Of a DNA stretch of 31,069 bases, positions 1-9,423 are shown piece by piece. Where the stretch lies: the IMG/VR virus record IMGVR_UViG_3300017716_002761, positions 1-31,069 of that record. One strand, given 5' to 3'. The stretch comes from a virus (taxonomy: Duplodnaviria; Caudoviricetes). The position numbers were made by a program, and so were the translations under genes. Every line of letters starts with the position of its first letter. Position 1 is the first letter of the stretch. The notes under the pieces were generated by a model. That model saw nothing but the letters and a program-made list of their open reading frames with translations, had not been told where the DNA came from and ran no database searches.

Positions 1-240
1 ACTTGGCGAGCAGTTGCAAAACTTCGTAATTCTATCAATACTAATATTCTTATCATGGACGAAGTATTCGATTCTTCCCTAGATGCGAATGGCACTGAAG
101 AGTTTATGAAGATACTTATTAACTTGACTTCTGAAACCAATACGGTTATAATAAGTCATAAGACAGATCAACTCTACGACAAGTTCGAACGAGTAATAAA
201 GTTTGAAAAATATAAAAACTTCAGCAGGATGGCAGCGTGA
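1..240 (+). CDS. 46: Recombination endonuclease ATPase subunit gp46 (SbcC/Rad50-like), C-terminal fragment
   Basis: Frame is open from base 1 (TWRAVAKLRNSINTNILIMDEVFDSSLD). Walker B/D-loop DEVFDSSLD and H-loop IISH are present. Confidence 0.93.
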   Translation, partial: TWRAVAKLRNSINTNILIMDEVFDSSLDANGTEEFMKILINLTSETNTVIISHKTDQLYDKFERVIKFEKYKNFSRMAA

Positions 241-392
241 AATACTGGCGTTTATGGGCGAAAGCTCTAGGCGAAAAAACGGGTAAGGACGATATTGAAG
301 CAGATCGAGTTGCTATCGTACGAACTCTAATTGTATTGTGTTATATCATAACAAACATATTTATTGTAGCAGGAGTAATAAGACATTGGTAA
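237..392 (+). CDS. Small membrane protein, 51 aa (MKYWRLWAKALGEK...IRHW)
   Basis: GTG start overlaps the gp46 stop (GTGA) and its TAA overlaps the next ATG (TAATG). Hydrophobic C-terminal half. Not in the ORF track. Confidence 0.7.
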   Translation: MKYWRLWAKALGEKTGKDDIEADRVAIVRTLIVLCYIITNIFIVAGVIRHW

Positions 393-868
393 TGCAACTT
401 GTAGATCGAAACGACCCTATCCTAACGAGAAGATGCGATGAATTTGATTTTAGTAACCCTCCTTTTGATCCAATTGAGTTCTCGCAAGAGCTTGTTAAAT
501 TTATGTATGACCGGAACGGTGTTGGGCTTGCTGCCAATCAGGTGGGAGTACCTTATCGCGTATTCGCTCTTCGCGGCAGTCCTGAAAATTTCGTATGTTT
601 CAATCCCAAAATAATTGGGGTAAGCGATGTTGATGTAATTCTTGAAGAAGGGTGTTTGACTTTTCCAGGATTATATGTTAAGATTAAACGACCGCAACAC
701 TTGCGTATTAGATTTACGACTCCTAACGGTGATACACTGACAAAGCAGTTTACAGGTATGACAGCTAGAATTTTTCAACATGAGATGGATCATCTAGATG
801 GCGTTGTGTTTTACAACAAAGCTAATCGTTTTCATCGTGAACAAGCATTGAGAAAATGGCGAAAATAA
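392..868 (+). CDS. def: Peptide deformylase
   Basis: Motifs GVGLAANQVG, EGCLT and QHEMDHLDG. Start moved to ATG 392, coupled to the upstream stop. Confidence 0.96.
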   Translation: MQLVDRNDPILTRRCDEFDFSNPPFDPIEFSQELVKFMYDRNGVGLAANQVGVPYRVFALRGSPENFVCFNPKIIGVSDVDVILEEGCLTFPGLYVKIKRPQHLRIRFTTPNGDTLTKQFTGMTARIFQHEMDHLDGVVFYNKANRFHREQALRKWRK

Positions 869-872
869 AAGC

Positions 873-901
873 TTGCTTAATAAATGTAATTCACGTATAA
901 T
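873..901 (+). promoter_or_regulatory. sigma70-like promoter
   Basis: TTGCTT-N17-TATAAT in an intergenic gap. Confidence 0.6.
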
Positions 902-939
902 TATATTTAATAATATTACATTATGGAGTTCATCATCAC

Positions 940-1491
940 ATGAACATTTTCTACATTGATCACGATCCTGCCCAAGCTGCCGAGTGGATGGTTGATAAAC
1001 ATGTCGTAAAAATGATTCTCGAGTCAGCTCAGCTGCTTTCGACAGCACATCGTTTGCTCGACGGTCGCGAAATAGAAGGTAAATCTAAAACAGGTCGTCG
1101 TGCGCGACGTTGGGTGCTTTATGATGCTCGCGAACCAGTTCTCTATTCAGCTACGCATATCAATCATCCCTCAGCTCTCTGGTGTCGTGAGTCAGTAGAA
1201 AACTACAACTGGCTTGTCGATCATATGTTTGCTCTTATGCAAGAGTACACATATCGATATGAAAAAGAACATAAGTGTCAGGGTGAACTTTCCTATTTGC
1301 TGCAGTCACCACCCCATAATCTCAAACAATATGATTGGACGCCCATGCCTTCATGTATGGATCAGCAGTATATTATTTCAACTGATCCACTTGACAATTA
1401 TAGAAATTATTATAAAATAGGTAAGGCTAGTATGCATAGTTGGAAAAAACGTCAACCGCCGGAGTGGATTTTTGACAAAGTGGCACAATAG
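940..1491 (+). CDS. Pyrimidine dimer DNA glycosylase / endonuclease V-like protein
   Basis: N-terminus MNIFYID..DKHVVKMILESAQLLSTAH and HINHPS..W motif of the Pyr_excise-like family; GGAG RBS. Confidence 0.75.
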   Translation: MNIFYIDHDPAQAAEWMVDKHVVKMILESAQLLSTAHRLLDGREIEGKSKTGRRARRWVLYDAREPVLYSATHINHPSALWCRESVENYNWLVDHMFALMQEYTYRYEKEHKCQGELSYLLQSPPHNLKQYDWTPMPSCMDQQYIISTDPLDNYRNYYKIGKASMHSWKKRQPPEWIFDKVAQ

Positions 1492-1921
1492 GTTTCTTGA
1501 ACTTGCTAAACATGTTTCCTCTTGGTCAAAGGATACTACCAAAGTTGGAGCCGTTATCGTTCAGCCAGAAACCAAAAAGGTTGTTGGTATGGGATATAAT
1601 GGCTTTCCTCGGTTTGTCAATGATGATCCTGAGCGTTATGCTGACCGTGATACAAAACTCAAATTTGTTTGTCATGCAGAATTAAATGCTATTCTAAATG
1701 CAAATGGACCAGTTGCAGGTTGCGATATATATGTATATCCGACTATGATGAAACCAGCTGCTTGTCCTGAATGTTCAAAAGCTATTGTACAATCAGGTAT
1801 CAGAACATTATATTATTATAAGAATGATGACACTTCGCCTAAGTGGGTTGAGTTAGAAAAGTTTTCAAATGCGATCCTTACTGAAGGTCGTGTACATTAT
1901 GTAGAGGTAAAGAATGACTAA
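1472..1921 (+). CDS. cd: dCMP deaminase
   Basis: SKD..TKVGAVIV, GYNG, HAELNAI and CPEC zinc motifs. Confidence 0.9.
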   Translation: MTKWHNRFLELAKHVSSWSKDTTKVGAVIVQPETKKVVGMGYNGFPRFVNDDPERYADRDTKLKFVCHAELNAILNANGPVAGCDIYVYPTMMKPAACPECSKAIVQSGIRTLYYYKNDDTSPKWVELEKFSNAILTEGRVHYVEVKND

Positions 1922-2330
1922 TTGGTATCAAGATGTAAAGGATTTTCACGCTGCTTTTGGACAGCGTATTGGTAATTCACCTGCTATTCCAGAAGATGTT
2001 GATGAGCGTTGTCTCCGTATGGATCTTCTAGAAGAAGAGTTCAAGGAATATATGGATGCAGAACAAGACCTTGATATTGTTGGTATTGCTGATGCTCTTG
2101 CCGATATTATCTACATCGCTTGTGGCACTGCTGTCTCTTACGGTATTCCGTTAGACAAGGTGTTTGAAGAAGTACATCGCTCTAATATGGCAAAGTTGGT
2201 TGATGGTAAACCTATCTATCGTGAAGATGGCAAGGTGCTTAAACCAAAGGGATGGACGCCTCCTCAGATCGAAACTATTCTTGAAGAATCTACAAAAAAT
2301 AATTTGCTAAATCAACAAATTACACTATAA
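1914..2330 (+). CDS. MazG/PRA-PH-like nucleoside triphosphate pyrophosphohydrolase
   Basis: EEEFKE...DALADIIY, EVHRSNMAK and REDGKVLKPKGW motifs. Confidence 0.85.
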   Translation: MTNWYQDVKDFHAAFGQRIGNSPAIPEDVDERCLRMDLLEEEFKEYMDAEQDLDIVGIADALADIIYIACGTAVSYGIPLDKVFEEVHRSNMAKLVDGKPIYREDGKVLKPKGWTPPQIETILEESTKNNLLNQQITL

Positions 2331-2374
2331 TTTACATATATAGTAGTATCACACATTCCATAAGGAGTTGATAT

Positions 2375-3685
2375 ATGGTAGAAGTTATAGTTAGAAAAAA
2401 AATTGAATCAGAAGAAACGCTTGGTGCTTTTATTACAATTAAAGATTATGCCGATCGTGTGATTAATGAAGACTGCGATCTCTACGCTGAAACGCTGGAT
2501 GGTTCTATCTCTGAAGATAATATCATTTTCAAATATCGTAAGAATGTTTTTACTCAGGAAGAACAGGATGCAGCATATGCTGGGCTTAGAGAAGCTGCTG
2601 TTGAATCTCAGAACCGTGGGCTCGCAGCCGGACCACGTGGCGACATGCTTGGCGCTAATGGTCGTGGTGGTAGAGATTGGGTTACAGAATATCATCACGA
2701 TATTTTAGATTTTTTGTTGCGTCCAGAAAACGCTCTTGTTGAAGACGATAGCATTGAAGCTATTCGTGTTCGTCATCAATCTTGCTTGAAGAAAGATGAG
2801 ACCCGTGGTCAGGTGTGGCTTCGCTCAGAAGTTTGTAAGCAATATCCTGAGTATCATGGTTGGTTTGATAAGTGGGTCGATGGTCTTGGTAATAAGTCTC
2901 GCGAAGATCAGCGCTCGGCTGCACAGTTTGTAACAGAAAAATATATTTCAGAAACGAATTATGCCCAGTCAGTTATGTCTGGTATCGCTGGTTATTTTGA
3001 CCGCTACCCACGTATTCCTTATGGACGTGCTACCTCGTATACTGAAAAAAATCTAGAAAAGTTCGCTCTCTCTTATCCTTACCTTCGTAAGCTCGATCAG
3101 CAATTTAGAGAACTTCTTCCTATTCGTTTCGCTGCTCAAAACAAGGCTGCTTCTCAGCTTGATTCTCGTTTCAAAATTGCCGATACAGTGTTTACCACAC
3201 TCACCGTCAATCATAACTGGCGTACTGCCTGTCACCGAGATGCTGGCGACCTACATGAAGGGTTCTCTAACATCTGTGGTGTAACTGGTCCTGAAGGTAA
3301 AGGCTGGCGTGGTGGTGAGTTTATCCTTCCGGAATTTCGCATTGCCATTAATATTCAGCCTGGAGATATGTTGCTCGTAAATAATCATGGTGGTATTCAT
3401 GGTAACGATGCTCTTCTTGGTGATGATAATGATCGCATGACTATCGTTGCTTATTTTCGCGAGAAGATGCTGGAACTTAAGTCATGGGAATATGAGAACC
3501 TTCGCAAGCAGTATGTTGATGATCGCCGCTTGAATAAGGATCATAAGTTGCAGCGACCATTGTGGAATGGTATTTCTCCTGCTATGTGGGAAGATAAGGA
3601 ATGGTACGATTATCTCAAGGCTCATAATATTGATGATCCTTATGGTAAAGGTGAACAATCAAATCTTGAGGATTTTTTTGCATGA
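2375..3685 (+). CDS. TET/JBP-family 2OG-Fe(II) dioxygenase (putative 5-methylpyrimidine oxidase)
   Basis: FTTLTVNHNWRTACHRDAGD (HxD), GGEFILPEF, IHGN (distal His) and RMTIVAYFRE (2OG-binding Arg). Confidence 0.85.
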   Translation: MVEVIVRKKIESEETLGAFITIKDYADRVINEDCDLYAETLDGSISEDNIIFKYRKNVFTQEEQDAAYAGLREAAVESQNRGLAAGPRGDMLGANGRGGRDWVTEYHHDILDFLLRPENALVEDDSIEAIRVRHQSCLKKDETRGQVWLRSEVCKQYPEYHGWFDKWVDGLGNKSREDQRSAAQFVTEKYISETNYAQSVMSGIAGYFDRYPRIPYGRATSYTEKNLEKFALSYPYLRKLDQQFRELLPIRFAAQNKAASQLDSRFKIADTVFTTLTVNHNWRTACHRDAGDLHEGFSNICGVTGPEGKGWRGGEFILPEFRIAINIQPGDMLLVNNHGGIHGNDALLGDDNDRMTIVAYFREKMLELKSWEYENLRKQYVDDRRLNKDHKLQRPLWNGISPAMWEDKEWYDYLKAHNIDDPYGKGEQSNLEDFFA

Positions 3686-4479
3686 TTGGTTATAGTATTG
3701 CGATTCCTTCTTATAAGCGTCCAGAAACGATTAAGAAGAAAACGTTAAAGGTGTTGGAGGGTCATAACATCGACCCTTCAAAGATCACCGTGTTCTGTGC
3801 TAATGATGATGAAATGAATGATTATCATAATTCATTATCTAAGTCTGATTATGGTATGACAATTAAGTTGGTAAAGGGTGTTCCTACTATCGGAGCTCAG
3901 CGAAATTTTATTGAACGCTGGTATCCGGAAGGTACTAAGCTTATGATGTTTGATGATGACGTTGAAGAGGTTCAGCGTAAGATCAGCGAACAAAAGCTTG
4001 GACCGATTGATAATCTCGAGCAGGAAATTATTTCTCGAGGTTTCGAAGAGTGTGAAAAAGTTGGTGCGAAAACCTTTGGTATTTACGCTGCTTCAAATGC
4101 ATATTTTATGAAGGATAGAGTTTACAACAAGCTCTGTTATATTATCGCTTCAATGTTTGGAGTAATTGTTGAGCATGATGATTTCCTTGCTCGAGTAACT
4201 AACCATGGCGAAGACTACGAATATTCTATTCGCCAGTTTATTAAGAATGGTGCTGTTGCCCGACTTGATAATTACACAGTTAAATCAAACTATTATAAAG
4301 AAGATGGTGGTCTTCAAACTATTCGTACCAAAGAATATGTTAAAACCTCTATTGAAAAAATTGTAGAAATGTTCCCTGACATGTGTACTATGTATATTCG
4401 TGAAACTACTGGACATGCTGAGCTCAGACTTAAGGACCAGCGTGTTACTGGTAATACTCTAGATAATTTCTTTTCCTAG
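3682..4479 (+). CDS. TET-associated glycosyltransferase (GT-A fold)
   Basis: IAIPSYKR, MMFDDD (DxD), EDYEYS and GGLQ motifs; ATGA overlap with the dioxygenase. Confidence 0.82.
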   Translation: MIGYSIAIPSYKRPETIKKKTLKVLEGHNIDPSKITVFCANDDEMNDYHNSLSKSDYGMTIKLVKGVPTIGAQRNFIERWYPEGTKLMMFDDDVEEVQRKISEQKLGPIDNLEQEIISRGFEECEKVGAKTFGIYAASNAYFMKDRVYNKLCYIIASMFGVIVEHDDFLARVTNHGEDYEYSIRQFIKNGAVARLDNYTVKSNYYKEDGGLQTIRTKEYVKTSIEKIVEMFPDMCTMYIRETTGHAELRLKDQRVTGNTLDNFFS

Positions 4480-4487
4480 GAGGATAG

Positions 4488-4880
4488 ATGGCGAAGTTTG
4501 ATCATGGCGGCGGATGCGCCTGTGGATTAAATAAAATTTGTAATTGTAACATCGGTAAATTAATTAACGATCAAATTACTGATTCGGTAACGCAATCTCA
4601 AAATATCTCGTATAAATATGCTGAGGATCGAATCGTAGCTGACTTCAAAGCTTATCTTGATAAGACATATGGTCAGCACTACAAAAGTGAAACGGCTCAA
4701 ATCGAATGTTTTGATGCTTGGATTGCACTGGGTGATTCTACCCCTACCTTCCGTAACACCGCTCTTAAATATCTCTGGCGTTATGGTAAGAAAAACGGAA
4801 GTAATAAAGATGATCTGATGAAGACTCTTCATTATGTTTTGATGTGTATGTATGTTGACCATTATAAGGATGTTAAGTGA
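4488..4880 (+). CDS. DUF3310-like protein (T7 gp1.7 nucleotide-kinase-like)
   Basis: HY...IECFDA...NTALKYLWRYGKKNG..DDLMK..HY pattern. Confidence 0.7.
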   Translation: MAKFDHGGGCACGLNKICNCNIGKLINDQITDSVTQSQNISYKYAEDRIVADFKAYLDKTYGQHYKSETAQIECFDAWIALGDSTPTFRNTALKYLWRYGKKNGSNKDDLMKTLHYVLMCMYVDHYKDVK

Positions 4881-5512
4881 TGAATGTTTATATTCTATTG
4901 GACCGCTCTGGTTCTATGCAAAATCTGTGGTCCGAAGCTGTCGGGTCAATCAACGCCTACGTTGAAAAGCTCCCCAAGGAAACTGATGTTTATATGGCTG
5001 TATTCGACAACGAGTACGAAGTAGTACGTCAGTCTAAGGCTGGTAGTTGGAAACCAGTAACCAATACTGAAGTTTCACCACGTGGTATGACTGCTCTATA
5101 TGATGCTTCGGCTCGTATTATGCAGCGAGCTATTGACGACAATTCTGAAAAAACCATTCTTGTTGTAATGACAGATGGTGAAGAAAACTCTTCGCGTAAC
5201 TTTTCACATGCTGATGTAAAGAACCTCACTACTAAGATCGATGCTAAGAAGTGGGAATTGATTTTCCTCGGTGCTAATTTTGATAAGGTTTCAGAAGTTG
5301 CTAAATCTTATAATCGTGGTGTCGACAAGTTCAGTAATATTTCTAAGGAGAATATGCGCGACTTTATGAGCGGTACTCTTGCTACTTCCTCAATGGCATA
5401 TGCTACTATGGATTCCGCTATGAGCTTCTCGGACGCTGATAAGGCTGCAGCCGTTTCCCCAAATACTTTCTACACAACCTCAACCTCAACAGCTCAAGGA
5501 GCCTCTAAGTAA
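4877..5512 (+). CDS. von Willebrand factor A domain protein
   Basis: MIDAS DRSGS, T in GMTALYDA, D in MTDGEEN. Confidence 0.88.
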   Translation: MMNVYILLDRSGSMQNLWSEAVGSINAYVEKLPKETDVYMAVFDNEYEVVRQSKAGSWKPVTNTEVSPRGMTALYDASARIMQRAIDDNSEKTILVVMTDGEENSSRNFSHADVKNLTTKIDAKKWELIFLGANFDKVSEVAKSYNRGVDKFSNISKENMRDFMSGTLATSSMAYATMDSAMSFSDADKAAAVSPNTFYTTSTSTAQGASK

Positions 5513-6360
5513 TGGAAATTAGTATCGATATCGAAAAGCTCCGTAAGCGTAAGCTTTTTATTGCTACGCCTATGTATGGTGGCCAGTGTGCTGGTATGTT
5601 CGCAAGATCAATTGCTGACCTCTCAGCTCTTTGTGCCAATCATGGCATTCCTCTTCAAATGTATTTCTTGTTCAACGAATCTCTCGTAACACGTGCAAGA
5701 AACTATTGTTGCGATGAGTTCATGCGTTCTGACGCTGAACATATGATGTTCATTGACTCGGACATCGGATTTAATCCTCAGGATGTTATTGCTCTCATGG
5801 CTCTTCAGGCTAATGATGAAGACAAGTATGACATCATTGGTGGTCCTTATCCTAAGAAGTGCATCAGCTGGGAAAAAATTAAGCACGCTGTAGATAAGGG
5901 TGTTGCTGACGAAGATCCGAACGTTCTTGAAAAGTTCGTTGGTGATTATGTGTTCAACCCGAAGGGTGGGCAGCAGTCCATTGCCATCGGTGAACCTTGT
6001 GAAGTTCTTGAAATCGGGACAGGCTTCATGATGATCACTAAGAAGGCTATGCAAAAGTTCGCCGATGCTTATCCTCAATATACGTACAAGCCTGATCATG
6101 TTCGTACTGAACACTTCGATGGTACCCGTGAAATTATGATGTTTTTCCAGGCGGAAGTTGATCCAGAATCAAAACGTTATCTTTCTGAAGATTACTGGTT
6201 CTGTCAGAAGGCTCAGAAGGCTAATTTAAAAACTTGGTTCTGCCCATGGATGAAGATGCAGCATGTAGGAACTTATATCTTTGGTGGTTCTCTTGCTGAC
6301 CTAGCATCTATAGGAGCATCAGCTACTGCTGATCCAGCTGCTCTTAAGAAGAAAAAGTGA
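5512..6360 (+). CDS. GT-A fold glycosyltransferase-like protein
   Basis: FIATPMYGG, ESLVTRARN, FIDSDI (DxD), GTGFMMI and LSEDYWFC. Confidence 0.75.
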   Translation: MEISIDIEKLRKRKLFIATPMYGGQCAGMFARSIADLSALCANHGIPLQMYFLFNESLVTRARNYCCDEFMRSDAEHMMFIDSDIGFNPQDVIALMALQANDEDKYDIIGGPYPKKCISWEKIKHAVDKGVADEDPNVLEKFVGDYVFNPKGGQQSIAIGEPCEVLEIGTGFMMITKKAMQKFADAYPQYTYKPDHVRTEHFDGTREIMMFFQAEVDPESKRYLSEDYWFCQKAQKANLKTWFCPWMKMQHVGTYIFGGSLADLASIGASATADPAALKKKK

Positions 6361-6389
6361 TTGACATTTTAATAGTGAAGGGCTATAAT
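6361..6389 (+). promoter_or_regulatory. Consensus sigma70 promoter upstream of gp45
   Basis: TTGACA-N17-TATAAT. Confidence 0.8.
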
Positions 6390-6424
6390 AAGTTTATATC
6401 CCACTGCAATTGGAGAAATATATA

Positions 6425-7078
6425 ATGAAGATCGATACTAATACCGTCAACGTTCTTAAGAATTTCGCTAAGATTAACCCTTCCATAATGATTCAGGAAG
6501 GGAATACTCTAAAAACTATTTCCACCTCTAAAACAATCCTTGCTCGTGCTAAGGTTTCTACAGAGTTCAAAAAGCGTTTTGCGATTTACAACCTCGATCG
6601 ATTTCTTTCGACGGTTAGCCTCTTTAACAGTCCCGACCTTAATTTTAAGGAACAGTTTGTTGAGATCGTAGAGGATTCTAAGAAGACCAAGTATTTTTAT
6701 GCTGATGAAAGTGTCATTACTAAAGTTCCTGAGAAAGAGATTACCCTTCCCAGCGTTGATGTTTCTTTCACTCTGACAAATACTGCTCTTAAGGAAGTTG
6801 AGAAGGCTGGTGGTGTTCTAGCTCTACCCGAAATTCTCATTGTTGGTGATGGATCTAAAATTTATATCCAAGCTGGTGATACGAAGAACCCTTCAGCTGA
6901 TGTGTTCTCTGTTGAAATTGGTGAAACGACTAAGGCGTTCAGAGCTATTTTCAAGGCTGAAAACATCAAGATTATTCCTGGCGATTATGAGGTTGGCATT
7001 TCTGCTAAGGGACTTTCTTATTTCCGCAGTGGAGATATTGAATATTGGATTGCTATTGAGAAGCATTCAGAGTTCTGA
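6425..7078 (+). CDS. 45: Sliding clamp gp45
   Basis: VLKNFAKINPSI, FAIYNLDRFL and YWIAIE; synteny with 44/62/regA. ATG 6425 follows GGAG. Confidence 0.93.
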   Translation: MKIDTNTVNVLKNFAKINPSIMIQEGNTLKTISTSKTILARAKVSTEFKKRFAIYNLDRFLSTVSLFNSPDLNFKEQFVEIVEDSKKTKYFYADESVITKVPEKEITLPSVDVSFTLTNTALKEVEKAGGVLALPEILIVGDGSKIYIQAGDTKNPSADVFSVEIGETTKAFRAIFKAENIKIIPGDYEVGISAKGLSYFRSGDIEYWIAIEKHSEF

Positions 7079-7091
7079 TTGAGTTAACTTG

Positions 7092-7119
7092 GTTGGGAGG
7101 TTCGCCTCCCAACTTTTTT
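7092..7119 (+). terminator. Rho-independent terminator with UUCG loop
   Basis: GTTGGGAGG-TTCG-CCTCCCAAC followed by T6. Confidence 0.85.
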
Positions 7120-7150
7120 GTGATGTTTTTAGTTTTACTGGAGCCTTTAT

Positions 7151-8089
7151 ATGATGAATGAATTCCTCTGGGTTGAGAAGTATCGCCCTCAAACTATTGA
7201 AGAAACTATCCTCCCGACAGAACTGAAGAAAGTTTTTCAGCAGTTCGTTGATCAAAAAAACATTCCTAACCTGATCCTTGCTGGTTCAGCGGGTGTTGGT
7301 AAAACTACCGTTGCTCGTGCTATGCTTGAGCAGCTTGAATGTGATTACATTGTTATCAACGGATCTATGAATGGTAATATCGACACACTCAGAAATGAAA
7401 TCCTTAATTTCGCCTCTTCAGTTTCCCTATCTGGTGGGCGAAAGTACGTCATCCTTGACGAAGCGGATTACCTTAACGCAAACTCAACCCAACCAGCTCT
7501 TCGTAACTTTATGGAAGAGTTTTCCTCAAACTGTGGTTTCATCCTTACTTGTAATTTCAAGAACAGGATCATTGAACCACTTCACTCACGTTGTTCTGTA
7601 ATTGACTTCAAGATCAGCAAGAAGGATATGGCGAAGCTCGCTGGCCAGTTTTTCAAGCGAGTTCAGGTTATCCTTAAGAACGAGTCCGTAAATAATGAGC
7701 CTTCAGTTGTTGCTGAAGTAATCAATAAACATTTTCCTGATTGGCGTCGTGTTCTCAATGAGCTACAGCGTTACTCAGCAACAGGTGCTATTGACTCAGG
7801 TATCCTTGCTAACATGCAAGAAACTAATCTTCGTGGTCTGATCGCTTTCCTAAAGGAAAAAAATTATACCGAGATGAGGAAGTGGGTCAGGAACAATCTT
7901 GACACCGACGTCAATCAATTGTTCACCCAGATCTATGATACAGCTGAAGATTTTGTTACTCCTGATTCACTTCCGCCTTTGGTTCTGCATCTTGCAGATT
8001 ACCAGTATCAAAATGCTTTTGTTGCGAACCCAGAAATTAATTTCGTAGCTTTCCTTACCAGAGTTATGATGGATGTGGAGTTTAAGTAA
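7151..8089 (+). CDS. 44: Clamp loader large subunit gp44
   Basis: LWVEKYRP, Walker A GSAGVGKT, ILDEAD and SRC motif. Confidence 0.97.
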   Translation: MMNEFLWVEKYRPQTIEETILPTELKKVFQQFVDQKNIPNLILAGSAGVGKTTVARAMLEQLECDYIVINGSMNGNIDTLRNEILNFASSVSLSGGRKYVILDEADYLNANSTQPALRNFMEEFSSNCGFILTCNFKNRIIEPLHSRCSVIDFKISKKDMAKLAGQFFKRVQVILKNESVNNEPSVVAEVINKHFPDWRRVLNELQRYSATGAIDSGILANMQETNLRGLIAFLKEKNYTEMRKWVRNNLDTDVNQLFTQIYDTAEDFVTPDSLPPLVLHLADYQYQNAFVANPEINFVAFLTRVMMDVEFK

Positions 8090-8499
8090 TGTACGATTGG
8101 CGTTACGAGAATAGTATCAATTCTGGAAAAGAGCCTCTTGATCTTGATGGAGTTCAAGAGGCTAAGTATTCTCAGTGGCGCACCAATAATTCCCTTTCTA
8201 ATTTCCAAGAAACTATTCTCTATGCCAATGAGATGAACATTAACTATCATCTTACGGATAAGATGCATTATCAGTATCTGTTCTATTCTGTTCGTAAGGC
8301 TAAGAGATTTGGTAAAAAGGAAGATGATAAGGTAAAGCGCAAGCGTGAGAAAGAACAAAAGGAAAAAGAAGAACTACACTCTCTAATTCAGAGTTTCTAT
8401 AAATACAACGATGCCAGGACGAAGGAAGCTATTCGTATTCTATCTCCAGAGCAGATTGATATTATTAGAAAAAAACAAGAAAAGGGTGGAGTTAGATGA
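8089..8499 (+). CDS. 62: Clamp loader small subunit gp62
   Basis: YANEMN...MHYQYLFYSVRKAKRF pattern; located between 44 and regA. Confidence 0.88.
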   Translation: MYDWRYENSINSGKEPLDLDGVQEAKYSQWRTNNSLSNFQETILYANEMNINYHLTDKMHYQYLFYSVRKAKRFGKKEDDKVKRKREKEQKEKEELHSLIQSFYKYNDARTKEAIRILSPEQIDIIRKKQEKGGVR

Positions 8500-8894
8500 T
8501 CTCATTAGATTCCTTAGTTGAGGTGAGAATAGCTGAAGAAGAAGACTTTCTAAAAATTAAAGAAACTCTTACGCGCATCGGTGTCGCATCCCGTAAAGAA
8601 AAGAAACTCTACCAGTCCTGTCACATTTTCCATAAGCAAGGCAAGTACTATATTGTCCACTTCAAGGAAATGTTTGCTATCGATGGCAAACCTTCAAACT
8701 TTTCCGATGAGGATAAAGGGCGTAGAAATAAGATAGCTGAACTACTTCAGGATTGGGGATTACTCAAAGTTGTAGAGCCTGAGTTAGTTAAGGAACCTGT
8801 GGCTTCGATGAGTCAGATCAAAATTCTTTCGCATAAAGAAAAGCATGATTGGACTTTAGAAACGAAATACAACATGGGTCGTAAAAAGAAATGA
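8496..8894 (+). CDS. regA: Translational repressor RegA
   Basis: DFLKIKETLTRIGVAS...LYQSCHIFHKQGKYYIVHFKE. Confidence 0.96.
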   Translation: MISLDSLVEVRIAEEEDFLKIKETLTRIGVASRKEKKLYQSCHIFHKQGKYYIVHFKEMFAIDGKPSNFSDEDKGRRNKIAELLQDWGLLKVVEPELVKEPVASMSQIKILSHKEKHDWTLETKYNMGRKKK

Positions 8895-9061
8895 TAGACA
8901 GAGAGCTTGAAGAGCGTTTACAGAAGCAACAAGATCAGCTTCGTGAATGGTTTATCAAAGAACAGCAGCGAAAACAAAATCGCTGTGACTCAGAAAGCTC
9001 TCTGATTAAATGTGAATATTGTAATTGTTGGAAGAACAAGTTGGAGAACGATTCGCAATGA
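8891..9061 (+). CDS. Small hypothetical protein, 56 aa, with Cys cluster (CEYCNC)
   Basis: ATGA overlaps at both ends (with regA and with the next gene). Not in the ORF track. Confidence 0.6.
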   Translation: MIDRELEERLQKQQDQLREWFIKEQQRKQNRCDSESSLIKCEYCNCWKNKLENDSQ

Positions 9062-9423
9062 AATTTCCGTGGAGTGTGAAGAAGAGGGTTGAAACGCCTT
9101 CGGATGAACTACTAGAAATAATTAAGAATATGTTGTTTCCGCCGCTTAAGGTTGATACAACAGTTGATGAGTTTGGTAATCCTATTAAATTTCATGTGGA
9201 TTTTTCCGTTGACTCAAATCTCGACGCAGCCCTGATGGATCTACAAGATGGTCACAATGACGCTGCTACTCAGAAAACCATTGATACAATAACTAAGAGG
9301 CTCCATAAAGTTCGCAAGATGTTGGAAGCCTACCCTGAGTTAGATACAGAAGCCAAGTACATCATTGTAGATGACGGGAGTGAAATGGATGTTTCAGAAA
9401 TCAAGGCAGAAAACGATAGATGA
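9058..9423 (+). CDS. Hypothetical protein
   Basis: ATG 9058 with GGAG RBS, coupled to the upstream stop. Confidence 0.65.
   Translation: MKFPWSVKKRVETPSDELLEIIKNMLFPPLKVDTTVDEFGNPIKFHVDFSVDSNLDAALMDLQDGHNDAATQKTIDTITKRLHKVRKMLEAYPELDTEAKYIIVDDGSEMDVSEIKAENDR

Noticed and set aside
338-391. N-terminal extension of peptide deformylase
   Set aside because: The region belongs to the 237-392 gene; ATG 392 has an RBS and stop-start coupling.
5623-6114. Long antisense ORFs (also 28344-28808, 8008-8358, 4560-4862)
   Set aside because: They lie opposite well-supported genes and show no motifs or RBS.
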